From UHGV virus genome UHGV-0348865: a stretch of DNA of 64,000 nt; one strand, given 5' to 3'. The notes below the pieces were generated by a model that ran no database searches, was not told the origin of the DNA, and worked only from the letters and a program-made list of their open reading frames with translations. A program made the position numbers and the translations under genes. Source of the DNA: a virus. This document shows positions 47,632 to 56,467 of this stretch, piece by piece; position 1 is the first letter of the stretch; every line of letters starts with the position of its first letter.

Positions 47632-48182
47632 AGAAAAAGAAGAAAGTGTTTGCATTCGATATCGAGAGTAATGCACTGTACGATGACATAACTAAAGTAT
47701 GGTGTATCTATATCTTCGATGTTGAAACTGGTGAAAGGTGGGGCTATCGGCCTCACCAAATTGAAGACGGGATTCGTAAACTGACAGAAGCAGATGTACT
47801 AGTTGGTCATAATATTATTGACTTCGACTTACCTGCTCTGAAAAAGATGTATCCCTCTTTGATTAAATATAATTTTAACGTCTTTGACACTTTATGTCTT
47901 AGTCGATATCTTAAACCTGACCGTATTGGTGACAGTCCTGAGTATCCGAAAGGCGACCCTAGACGTGGCCCAAGAGGTCACGGCTTGAAGCAATGGGGTG
48001 AGTTCTTAGAGGAACTTAAAGGTGACTACGGTGAGCAAGAGGAAGCATGGGATGCTTTCACTGAAGATATGTTTACTTATTGTGAACAGGACGTTAACTT
48101 GACTGTTAAGGTTTATCTTTTCTTGTGTGAACTCACGGGATTTGACCCTTACGACCCACCTTCATTATATTGGAAAATGTAA
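47625..48182 (+). CDS. DNA polymerase 3'-5' exonuclease domain (T7 gp5 N-terminal homologue) as a separate ORF
   Basis: FDIES (Exo I) and [11 protein letters not shown] (Exo II) motifs align with the T7 DNA polymerase N-terminus; overlaps helicase stop. Confidence 0.75.
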
Positions 48183-48183
48183 A

Positions 48184-49545
48184 ATGATTGTTATCCCGAT
48201 TAACCAAATTGAAGATAAGGTTGCTCAACAACCTGATATCGCTGTTGGTCGTCACTTCATTGAACAGTTGATTAACAACAACTTGATTCCAGACGGTATC
48301 TGTCCCATCATTACTGGGGGGGCTGTTCGTGATGCTATCCTTAACAATATAGCCCCACATGACATTGATATCTTTATTGTCAGAGGACAAACACCAAGAA
48401 CTCAAAACACTTTCATCCCAACTGATCATTGGCAAGAGCTTGGACGGGAGATTGAAAGCAATGTGAAGGAATGGCTAGAGTCACAAGATATTGAATATGC
48501 ATCACTTCTTGCTGAAGCTACAAACGAATCCTATGCTGGGGGTTCTCAATTAACATTCACTGATATTATTGAGTTTCAGTGGAATGGGGTTCGTATCCAA
48601 TTCATGTTTAATTATCCTACTTCTATCGAAGAGGTATTGGATAATTTTCCTATGATGTGCCGTGGTGCGATGACTCTTGACAACTTATTCATGACTTCTC
48701 ACGGATACTTGGCTATGACTGCCCCTTGTCCAGTGGTTGTTTCTAGTCGTGAAATCAGGTATGTTCACAAGAAGTGGCCTAACTCTCAGGTATTGAGGTT
48801 TTCCTCTCCAGCAGTTGCACATCAATACATGGCCCAAACTCGATATCTTCCTACACCTCAACCAGTTAATCATCTGGTCAACGAACAAGGTCAGGTTGCT
48901 CTTCTTGAGGATACAACAAGTGCTCAATATTGTGTTAACCGTGACATGAGTCGATTCTTTGGAATCCCCTATGAAGAGATTCAGCTAATGTCAAGCACAC
49001 ATGGCTCTAGCCAGATTTATGCGTATTGGTCTGAAGGGTTGACAAATTTAACGACTAACACGGGCGGTGATCTGCTTGGTCGAGAAGATGAACCTAACCG
49101 ACACAATGCAATTGAAGGGGTGTTTGTAGCCCCTGCAATGCGTCGAGCACAAGAGTCACGAAGAGTAAGTCCTACTCGTAGAACATCTTTTGAAGAGGCT
49201 CTTGGTGTTACTGGCGATTCATTTGAGCGGTGGTTGTCTAGACGTTCTAATGGTCGACCAAACGGCTTAAACGTTAGTGCACGTCAGTTCTCTGGTCAGG
49301 GTTTTGCTGTTGGTGATATCAACGCACCTGTTAGGGCTGTGTGGGCTGATGAAGGTGTGACCCTAGATGTGGTAGGTAGTCTTGATATTCCTTCTCATGG
49401 GGAACTTGCTGAGACTGTCAACCGCAGCCTCGCTGATCGGTTTATTGCTAACAACCCTGAAGTATTAGAACCTCAAACCCGTACAGTTCGGTTTGCCGAT
49501 GAAGCGGGTCGTGGAATCTCTTTTGATATGGAAACAAATAACTAA
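48184..49545 (+). CDS. nucleotidyltransferase of the CCA-adding / poly(A) polymerase head-domain type
   Basis: motif ITGGAVRDAILNNIAPHDIDIF matches GGxVRD...DxD signature. Confidence 0.5.
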   Translation: MIVIPINQIEDKVAQQPDIAVGRHFIEQLINNNLIPDGICPIITGGAVRDAILNNIAPHDIDIFIVRGQTPRTQNTFIPTDHWQELGREIESNVKEWLESQDIEYASLLAEATNESYAGGSQLTFTDIIEFQWNGVRIQFMFNYPTSIEEVLDNFPMMCRGAMTLDNLFMTSHGYLAMTAPCPVVVSSREIRYVHKKWPNSQVLRFSSPAVAHQYMAQTRYLPTPQPVNHLVNEQGQVALLEDTTSAQYCVNRDMSRFFGIPYEEIQLMSSTHGSSQIYAYWSEGLTNLTTNTGGDLLGREDEPNRHNAIEGVFVAPAMRRAQESRRVSPTRRTSFEEALGVTGDSFERWLSRRSNGRPNGLNVSARQFSGQGFAVGDINAPVRAVWADEGVTLDVVGSLDIPSHGELAETVNRSLADRFIANNPEVLEPQTRTVRFADEAGRGISFDMETNN

Positions 49546-49554
49546 GGAATAAGA

Positions 49555-50088
49555 ATGAGTTTACTAGGAAGTGTTGAACTGCATGATGTAATTGACAATG
49601 GCTATCTGGATGCGGAGCATAAGTATGTTAACGCTGCTAGTGTGGATATCCGTATTGGTGATACTATCCTTGTTGAAGAACAGGCTGATGGCATCGTTGA
49701 TATTGATGCGAAAGAGAATCTTCAGTGGAAGGAAGTAAAGATTCCTGAAGATGGTTTGGTTATCATCCCGGGTCAGTTCTTCTTGGCTCACTCTATGGAG
49801 GAGTTTAACCTTCCAGATAACATCTCAAGTCTGTTTGTTCTGCGTTCGTCTATGGCTCGTTGTGGTCTGAACCATCTCCACGCTGGGTGGGCTGACGGGG
49901 GTTTTAATAATAGTAAATTGACATTCGAATTCCATAATGTGACCAAGCACCACAGCTTAAGGATTCGTTCTGGTATGCGTGTCGGTCAGATGGTGATGTT
50001 TGAGCACTCTCATGCAGGAGATCACTCCTATGCAGTGAAGGGTCGTTATAATAACTCTGAAGGTGTAGTTGCATCTAAGGGTGTGTAA
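49555..50088 (+). CDS. dcd: dCTP deaminase / dUTPase-fold protein
   Basis: SVDIRIG...PGQFFLAHS...RSSMARCGL motif pattern. Confidence 0.6.
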   Translation: MSLLGSVELHDVIDNGYLDAEHKYVNAASVDIRIGDTILVEEQADGIVDIDAKENLQWKEVKIPEDGLVIIPGQFFLAHSMEEFNLPDNISSLFVLRSSMARCGLNHLHAGWADGGFNNSKLTFEFHNVTKHHSLRIRSGMRVGQMVMFEHSHAGDHSYAVKGRYNNSEGVVASKGV

Positions 50089-50298
50089 ATGAGGCCAATC
50101 ACTATGAGAAAGTTTTGGTTAGCGAAGATTAAGTGGGCATCAGGTGGTATGACTATGACTGCACTGCCTACTCGTCAACAGGCTCGAGATTTTAAAAAGT
50201 CTATGTTTAATATGGACTTAACTAAGAGCATCAGTATTCATAAGGCCAGAGAGTATTCCTCTGGTCGTGTTTATATCAGCGGAAAGGTACATTACTGA
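50089..50298 (+). CDS. small basic protein, paralogue pair member A
   Basis: tandem with 50298..50507; shared KKSM...SIH...E.S.G pattern. Confidence 0.4.
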   Translation: MRPITMRKFWLAKIKWASGGMTMTALPTRQQARDFKKSMFNMDLTKSISIHKAREYSSGRVYISGKVHY

Positions 50299-50507
50299 TG
50301 AAAAAGATGTGGGCTATTCGTGTTGTTTGGAATCACGAGCAACACTTGGGAAAAGATAATATCAAACTGTTTAACACTCGCAAAGAGGCTCGTATTGCTA
50401 AAAAGAGTATGAAAGCTCTGGTCGGTACAGTTGAACATGTTAGCATACATCGTTGGGTTGAATTCTCAGAAGGTACTAGTATGCTATCTCGGAATGTTTA
50501 CTACTGA
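50298..50507 (+). CDS. small basic protein, paralogue pair member B
   Basis: tandem duplicate of 50089..50298. Confidence 0.4.
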   Translation: MKKMWAIRVVWNHEQHLGKDNIKLFNTRKEARIAKKSMKALVGTVEHVSIHRWVEFSEGTSMLSRNVYY

Positions 50508-50579
50508 TTGGTAGTAGATATGGTAACTCTCAAATGTATATAGAGTACAATAAGAATTTGTATTTTACAGGAGAGAGTT

Positions 50580-50906
50580 ATGTTAGATTTGAGTAAAGTG
50601 GCCCCGCCCACTGAAGAGATTACAAAATCCAAGGTGATGCAACAGTTTTATCATCGTGATATGCTTGGTCGCTTTATCAAGAATCGTGATGTTGTTGCTT
50701 GGTCTATTGGTAATCAGGGATATCTGTTGAAGGTTCTTCAGGTTACAGGTTCAACTGCTAAGAGAGTTAAGGTGTATGACCCTGAAATGGGGCGTTCTAA
50801 GTCAGTAGACCCACAGAACTGCATCGTAATTACCCAGCAGATCCTAAGTAATCTAGAAAGAAATGTAGCAAATTCTACTGAGTTAGAAGGAGAAGACCCT
50901 AAGTGA
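50580..50906 (+). CDS. hypothetical protein
   Basis: 108-aa ORF. Confidence 0.35.
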   Translation: MLDLSKVAPPTEEITKSKVMQQFYHRDMLGRFIKNRDVVAWSIGNQGYLLKVLQVTGSTAKRVKVYDPEMGRSKSVDPQNCIVITQQILSNLERNVANSTELEGEDPK

Positions 50907-51397
50907 TTCCAAAGGAATTGGAAGGGAAGATTGATGTAACAGAAGATGGTAGAGTATTTACCGTAAAGAGTAGAAGGTTTTTAACCCTCCACACTAATGG
51001 TGCCTATTATAGAGTCACTATTTACTTTCCTGACGGATTAAAGAATTTCTATGTCCACAGGCTGGTTGCTAGTAAGTACATACCGAACCCTGATAATCTT
51101 CCGTGTGTCAACCATAAGGATGGCAATAAACTTAACAATCATAAAGACAATCTTGAATGGTGTACCCACCGAGAAAACTCTCAACATGCATCATCATTAG
51201 GTTTGATGGTACAGAGGTTTGGAGAAGACAATCCGCAGTCTAAACTTACTCTAAAAGATGTAGAGTACTGTAGGAGAGTTTATATTCCTCGAGATAAAGA
51301 GTTTGGAGGCTCTGCCCTTGCAAGACGTTTTGGTGTCTCTCAGCAAGTGATATCAAAAGTTCTACTTAATCAAACTTGGAGGGAATATAATGCATAA
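50903..51397 (+). CDS. HNH homing endonuclease with C-terminal HTH-like region
   Basis: VNHKDGNKLNNHKDNLEWCTHRENSQH motif; paralogous to 54759..55253. Confidence 0.6.
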   Translation: MIPKELEGKIDVTEDGRVFTVKSRRFLTLHTNGAYYRVTIYFPDGLKNFYVHRLVASKYIPNPDNLPCVNHKDGNKLNNHKDNLEWCTHRENSQHASSLGLMVQRFGEDNPQSKLTLKDVEYCRRVYIPRDKEFGGSALARRFGVSQQVISKVLLNQTWREYNA

Positions 51398-51953
51398 GAA
51401 TGTCTTTGATTTACCTGAGATTGGTCGTGACAGCTATAGCATGTTAGACCGGTCTGAGCTTTCAATCTCTCGCCTTGAAACAATGCAAGGCATGATTAGT
51501 GCAAACAGCCTAGAACACATCCTGAGCTGCTTACAAGCTAACATGGAACTCTTGCATATCAAAGCTAAGAACTACCACTGGAACGTCTCTGGTGCAGGAT
51601 TTCAGGGTGTTCATGGTATGTTTGACGAGCTGGAAGATTACGCACGACAAGTAGGAGATCGTATTGCTGAACGTATGCGTTACCACTGTGTTAAGGTGGA
51701 TGCTACAGCAGCTAACTATCTTTCTCATGCTTGGTTCTCAGAGGGTAATGCTGATCTAGATATGGATGGTATGCTCTCTGATATGTGCATGACCTTGATG
51801 TGTATTATTGAGAAGATGGATGAGTTTGATGGTGATTTAGCCTCATACCCTGTTGATCAGAGTATGCTTCAAGAGATTAATGAAGGTCTTGGCAAGTATT
51901 GCTATTTCGTCAAGAGCAACATGTCCCATTCAAGTGGCGACGTGTCTTACTAA
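51390..51953 (+). CDS. Dps-like ferritin-fold protein
   Basis: KAKNYHWNVSGAGFQGVHGMFDELEDY matches Dps signature. Confidence 0.5.
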   Translation: MHKNVFDLPEIGRDSYSMLDRSELSISRLETMQGMISANSLEHILSCLQANMELLHIKAKNYHWNVSGAGFQGVHGMFDELEDYARQVGDRIAERMRYHCVKVDATAANYLSHAWFSEGNADLDMDGMLSDMCMTLMCIIEKMDEFDGDLASYPVDQSMLQEINEGLGKYCYFVKSNMSHSSGDVSY

Positions 51954-52202
51954 AAACCTCCGCCCTGTCTCCTAACCCGAGGTGGGGCGAACTTATTTAT
52001 AAGGATATAGATATATGTTATCAGCAATCGTATGGGGTATTTGGGCTATCTTTATTGGTGGTGGTATTTACTGGGCTTCTGGTAAGCTTATTGAAGAAAC
52101 CCCTGACAAGAAAGGTGAGATTCAAACAGCATCAACCATCATGGTTATTGTAGCTGTTGTTATCCCATTCCTGCTTCACCTCCTGACCGCATAAGGATTT
52201 AC

Positions 52203-52481
52203 ATGTCTAAAGTAATTAAGTTTTATAGTGATCAGTGTGCTCCATGTAAAGCAATGGCTCCTACCTTTGAGAAGGTTGTTAAGGAGTTTGATGTAGAAGT
52301 GGAAGAGATTAACATCCTTGAAGGTGATGGTCGTGAACAAGCTGTTAAGTATGGTGTACGAAGTATTCCTGCTTTCGTTGTGCCTGACCGAAATAGTGGC
52401 GCACATTATAGTCTATCGGGTATGCAAACTGAAGCAAACCTGAAAGCATTTTTGGATACAGCTCTGAATAATAAGGAATAA
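52203..52481 (+). CDS. thioredoxin-fold protein (CxxC)
   Basis: KVIKFYSDQCAPCKAMAP with CAPC active-site-like motif. Confidence 0.65.
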   Translation: MSKVIKFYSDQCAPCKAMAPTFEKVVKEFDVEVEEINILEGDGREQAVKYGVRSIPAFVVPDRNSGAHYSLSGMQTEANLKAFLDTALNNKE

Positions 52482-52490
52482 GGATAATTA

Positions 52491-53147
52491 ATGTCAGATC
52501 AATTAAAAGCAACACTAGTAGAAGCTATGGGTTCAGATAAATCTGTTGTTAACGCAGCCCGGGTATCTTTTGGTGTAACCCGTGAAGGTGATTTAAATGA
52601 GCGGGATGAACGTCTCATTAATTTCTTAGCTCGTGAGAAGCATGTGACTCCTTTTAGGCACCCACAGGTGACATTTCGCTGTGTAGCTCCTATTGCTATT
52701 GCTCGCCAGCTAGGAAAGCATCAAACGGGGTTTAGTTGGAACGAGATGAGTCGTCGGTATAAGGATGGTGATGTTGAGGTATTTATTCCACAAGAGATCT
52801 TCTCCCGACCTGAAGACCTTCACAAAGGTTCTGGTATCTTATTACAAGACGAAGCCCGCGTAGAAGCTCTCACACTGATTAATGAGGCATATGAAGTAGC
52901 TGTTAGCAATTATGAAAAATTGATTGACCTAATTGCTCCTGAGCAAGCTCGGTTTGTTCTGCCTCAGGGAATGACGACAGAATGGATATGGACTGGCTCT
53001 CTTTACGGGTGGTCGGAAGTATGCCGACAGCGTCTATCAGAACACGCTCAATATGAAGTTCGTTTGTTTGCACAAACTATTGATGAAGAGATGAAGAAGC
53101 TATATCCAATCTCTTGGAAAGCATTATCTACTACTTGGAATAAATAA
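52491..53147 (+). CDS. thyX: ThyX-family (flavin-dependent thymidylate synthase-like) protein with divergent signature
   Basis: VVNAARVSFG, HVTPFRHPQVTF, ARQLGKHQTGFSWNEMSRRY align to ThyX; canonical RHR appears replaced by KHQ. Confidence 0.55.
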   Translation: MSDQLKATLVEAMGSDKSVVNAARVSFGVTREGDLNERDERLINFLAREKHVTPFRHPQVTFRCVAPIAIARQLGKHQTGFSWNEMSRRYKDGDVEVFIPQEIFSRPEDLHKGSGILLQDEARVEALTLINEAYEVAVSNYEKLIDLIAPEQARFVLPQGMTTEWIWTGSLYGWSEVCRQRLSEHAQYEVRLFAQTIDEEMKKLYPISWKALSTTWNK

Positions 53148-53149
53148 CC

Positions 53150-53479
53150 ATGATTGACAGTAGTACATTCAGGACTTCAAATGGAAGTGAGATAAGTCCC
53201 GCTGAAGTAATCAATCGGCATAGAAGGCAATTAATCATCCATTCCTATTTGTATTACTGGTTGGATGACCCTATCTGGTCCGATGATAAATGGCAACAAG
53301 TTGCTAACGATTTGGTTGAGTTGCAATCTCTGTATCCAGAACCTACTGGAGTCTTTGACAACGAGTTTAAAGATTGGGATGGTTCTACAGGAATGCACCT
53401 CCCACATAACGAGGCTGTTGCTTGTATGGCGACAGCTGTTTACAGGATTCATAAAGATATGAACCATGAAGTGCTCTAA
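53150..53479 (+). CDS. hypothetical protein
   Basis: 109-aa ORF. Confidence 0.3.
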   Translation: MIDSSTFRTSNGSEISPAEVINRHRRQLIIHSYLYYWLDDPIWSDDKWQQVANDLVELQSLYPEPTGVFDNEFKDWDGSTGMHLPHNEAVACMATAVYRIHKDMNHEVL

Positions 53480-53651
53480 ATGTGAAGGAACAAACCTTCA
53501 CTTAAGTAACAAGGTTATCAGAGAGCTTGCCAAAGGCTCTCCAACCAAAGGGAAGAACAAACGATTTACTAACGTCAGGGTTTATACAGCAATCTGTAAA
53601 GATTGCTTAACTACTGAGTGTCATTACGAAGAAATTGGAGAGCGTAAATGA
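53466..53651 (+). CDS. small zinc-ribbon protein
   Basis: CSKCEG...CKDC pairs. Confidence 0.3.
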   Translation: MKCSKCEGTNLHLSNKVIRELAKGSPTKGKNKRFTNVRVYTAICKDCLTTECHYEEIGERK

Positions 53652-54385
53652 GTCGTCGTCAATCACGGAAAGAATCACGGAAAGACCTTCGTCGGGAAGC
53701 ACTTGTTACTCGTAAAGGTAAGCGAGAGTATGAAGAGGTGGTTTTAGCAAAGCCTGTAGTCCCTCAGAACCAGTTTCAGTCTGAGCTACTCAATGCTATT
53801 AAGACTAAACAAGTTGTGTTCACAGACGCTCCTGCGGGCTGTGGTAAGACCTTTGTAATCACTTCCACAGTTATTGATGCACTGAAAAGCGGTAAGATTC
53901 AGAAGATCATTCTGAGTCGCCCTTCGGTTGGCATGGGCAATTCCCTTGGGTTACTTCCGGGAGGAATGCGCGAGAAGTTTGAACCTTACCTGATGCCTAT
54001 CATTGATGTTATTACTCAGCGATATGGTAAGGGGTTCTATGAATGCCAGCTCGGTAACAGTAACATCGAGTTCGTACCTCTGGAATATCTCCGTGGTCGT
54101 TCTTTCAATGATGCTATTGTTATTGTTGATGAGTTCCAGAACACAACTAAGGATGAAGCCTTCTCCATCATGACTCGATTGGGAGAAACCTCTCAATTGT
54201 TCTGCATGGGTGATACAAACCAGCATGATATGCGTGGTCGTGAGAGTGGTCTTACTTGGGCTACTAACTTTATTGATGAACATGATCTGTATGAGTTCGC
54301 TGAGATTGTAGACGGCGAATCGGATGACATTGTTCGTTCTGGTTTCTGTAAAGCTATTGTTAAAGCCATGGAAAAGAAAGCTTAA
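53648..54385 (+). CDS. phoH: PhoH-like ATPase
   Basis: Walker A FTDAPAGCGKTF and overall PhoH-like layout. Confidence 0.7.
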   Translation: MSRRQSRKESRKDLRREALVTRKGKREYEEVVLAKPVVPQNQFQSELLNAIKTKQVVFTDAPAGCGKTFVITSTVIDALKSGKIQKIILSRPSVGMGNSLGLLPGGMREKFEPYLMPIIDVITQRYGKGFYECQLGNSNIEFVPLEYLRGRSFNDAIVIVDEFQNTTKDEAFSIMTRLGETSQLFCMGDTNQHDMRGRESGLTWATNFIDEHDLYEFAEIVDGESDDIVRSGFCKAIVKAMEKKA

Positions 54386-54758
54386 ACAGTAACTTATAAT
54401 GTATACTCCTTAGTGTACACTGATATATTAAGGAGTTTTAAATGGCAGATCATGTAGGAAAGAGAGATTATGCACAAGAAAGACGTACCGCAATTGCCCG
54501 TGGTGAGACAGGCATTGGGAGCAAGAGCGGAGATGCTCAGCGCCACCGTGCACGTCGCATCGTTGAAAAGCGCGATGGAAAAGCTGCTGTCAGAGGTAAA
54601 GACGTTGGACACAAACGAGCTGTCAAGTCTGGAGGTTCTAATGCGTCAAGCAACTTACGTGTTGAATCAGTCAGCTCAAACCGTTCAAACGGCGGCAAAA
54701 GTGGTGATCGAGCTGGAAAAGCAGCTGGAGCCGCTAAGCGAAAAGGGGCACTGAGTCA

Positions 54759-55253
54759 GTGATTCCTATTAGAAGTTGGCTTTCTTATGATGAAAAATCT
54801 GGAAAGCTCTTCTTTACTTCATCTGCAGAAAAAGGTCGTAAGTGGAATAAGAGCCATCCCGGCAAAGAGGCTGGTCATATAAACCGAAAAGGTTATATAG
54901 GCATCTTTTTCGAGGGTAGGCATTGGAAAGCTCACAGACTTATAGCAACACATTTGATACCAAACCCTAACAACTATCCAGAGATAAATCATATAAATGG
55001 AATTAAATCTGATAACAGGTTGGAAAATCTTGAATGGGTGACTCCTTCTGAAAATGTGAGGCATTCATTTGATATAGGTTTAAATGTTGGAAAGGTTCGC
55101 GACCTTAATGCAGCCACCAAATTATCCTCTGGAGATGTTGTAAAGATCAAACAGATGTATGTGAAGGGTTCTAGGGATTTTGGCTCTAGAGGTCTTGGTA
55201 AGTTGTTCGGTGTGAGCCATACAGCTATACTCCATGCTTTAAAGGAGCTTTAA
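54759..55253 (+). CDS. HNH homing endonuclease with C-terminal HTH-like region
   Basis: INHINGIKSDNRLENLEWVTPSENVRH motif; paralogue of 50903..51397. Confidence 0.55.
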   Translation: MIPIRSWLSYDEKSGKLFFTSSAEKGRKWNKSHPGKEAGHINRKGYIGIFFEGRHWKAHRLIATHLIPNPNNYPEINHINGIKSDNRLENLEWVTPSENVRHSFDIGLNVGKVRDLNAATKLSSGDVVKIKQMYVKGSRDFGSRGLGKLFGVSHTAILHALKEL

Positions 55254-55269
55254 GCTCATCGTAATATGA

Positions 55270-55299
55270 GGCTACCCAAATGGGTGGCCTTTTCTTTTA
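55270..55299 (+). terminator. rho-independent terminator
   Basis: GGCTACCC-AAAT-GGGTGGCC hairpin followed by TTTTCTTTTAT. Confidence 0.6.
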
Positions 55300-55333
55300 T
55301 ATAAATCAAGTTGAACTTTTTTAGGTAATAAAT

Positions 55334-55588
55334 ATGTCTATTGTAAAAATCGTAAATATTTTTGATGTAACCAGAGATGGCAAGATTGTTAAGTGGACTT
55401 TCACTAACCACCACAACAAATCAAACAAGATCATCGAACGCATGATTGAGATTAACCCTAAAACAGCTCGCACTAACGTACTCCTTCGCGGAGCTGATGG
55501 AAAATTTATCTCTTATAAGAATAAGAACGTAGAAAAATCTTTCCGTGTTGCAGTAGAAAACCTAATCCCATTCCCTAAAGGAGTTTAA
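55334..55588 (+). CDS. small protein, paralogue pair member A
   Basis: shares KTARTNV.LR...GKFISY....PFPKG with 55590..55874. Confidence 0.4.
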   Translation: MSIVKIVNIFDVTRDGKIVKWTFTNHHNKSNKIIERMIEINPKTARTNVLLRGADGKFISYKNKNVEKSFRVAVENLIPFPKGV

Positions 55589-55589
55589 T

Positions 55590-55874
55590 ATGAATAAATT
55601 AGCTATGGTTCAAATTCGAGATACTTTTCCTCTGCGTGAGAATATGAAACCACGTACTTGGTCTTACCTGCTAGCTGAGAGTAAGACTATCAACAAATAT
55701 TTTGTAGAGATTGATTGTATCCCAACTAGTATCACATTACTCCCTCACAAAACAGCCAGAACTAATGTGATGTTACGTGACAGCAAAGGTAAGTTTATCT
55801 CTTATCGTGATTCACGAATCAATAACGAAATTAAATCTGCTATGGAATCTTTAATGCCATTCCCAAAAGGTTGA
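55590..55874 (+). CDS. small protein, paralogue pair member B
   Basis: tandem duplicate of 55334..55588. Confidence 0.4.
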   Translation: MNKLAMVQIRDTFPLRENMKPRTWSYLLAESKTINKYFVEIDCIPTSITLLPHKTARTNVMLRDSKGKFISYRDSRINNEIKSAMESLMPFPKG

Positions 55875-56037
55875 GTGATGAAAGAATACATTTACGTAGG
55901 ACAGCGCTGGTTCGGTGATGAATGGGAAGGTGGATACAGCGTTGTAAAAGCTTTTAAGTCGGAAGAAGATGCCAAGTCATGGGTCTTAAAAGACGATATT
56001 GGCGAGAGAACTTACATTGAAGTAGAGGTGGAGTAGG

Positions 56038-56451
56038 ATGCCATTACCAGCTAGACACCAAAACCGTTTCTTAGTTCTCAAGTGGGATGATATTGAAATG
56101 AATCTCACTGAACATGAACTAGATTTGTTCCATGAATTATTATCAGAGATTCGCTCTGGTATTCCTGAACGTCAGTATGTGGTTATCAGTGATAAGCACC
56201 CTCAAGAGTTTGAAGAAGCTTGGGGCATGAAGCTGGCCTATATCCAGAGAGCTATTAGAGAAAGAGAAGAAGTTGCTAATCAGAGGGTTGTGGCCCATCT
56301 AGTCAGAGAGCAGCCTCGTGAGGTTAGATCTTCTTATTCTGCATCTACTTGGGCACAAACAAATGCAGCAATGAGAACATATGCTGTTGATTCCTCATCC
56401 TTGGATGTAGTAGAAGATAACCAAGCATTTACAGATTTACTTTACCAATAA
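56038..56451 (+). CDS. hypothetical protein
   Basis: 137-aa ORF. Confidence 0.35.
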   Translation: MPLPARHQNRFLVLKWDDIEMNLTEHELDLFHELLSEIRSGIPERQYVVISDKHPQEFEEAWGMKLAYIQRAIREREEVANQRVVAHLVREQPREVRSSYSASTWAQTNAAMRTYAVDSSSLDVVEDNQAFTDLLYQ

Positions 56452-56467
56452 TTTAAAGGAGTATAAA

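Noticed and set aside
54442-54762. Two overlapping plus-strand ORFs (54442-54762 and 54470-54754) between PhoH and an HNH gene
   Set aside because: Only one frame can be real and neither has a recognisable motif; the first is Gly/Arg/Lys-rich low complexity, the second helical. Left unannotated rather than guessing.
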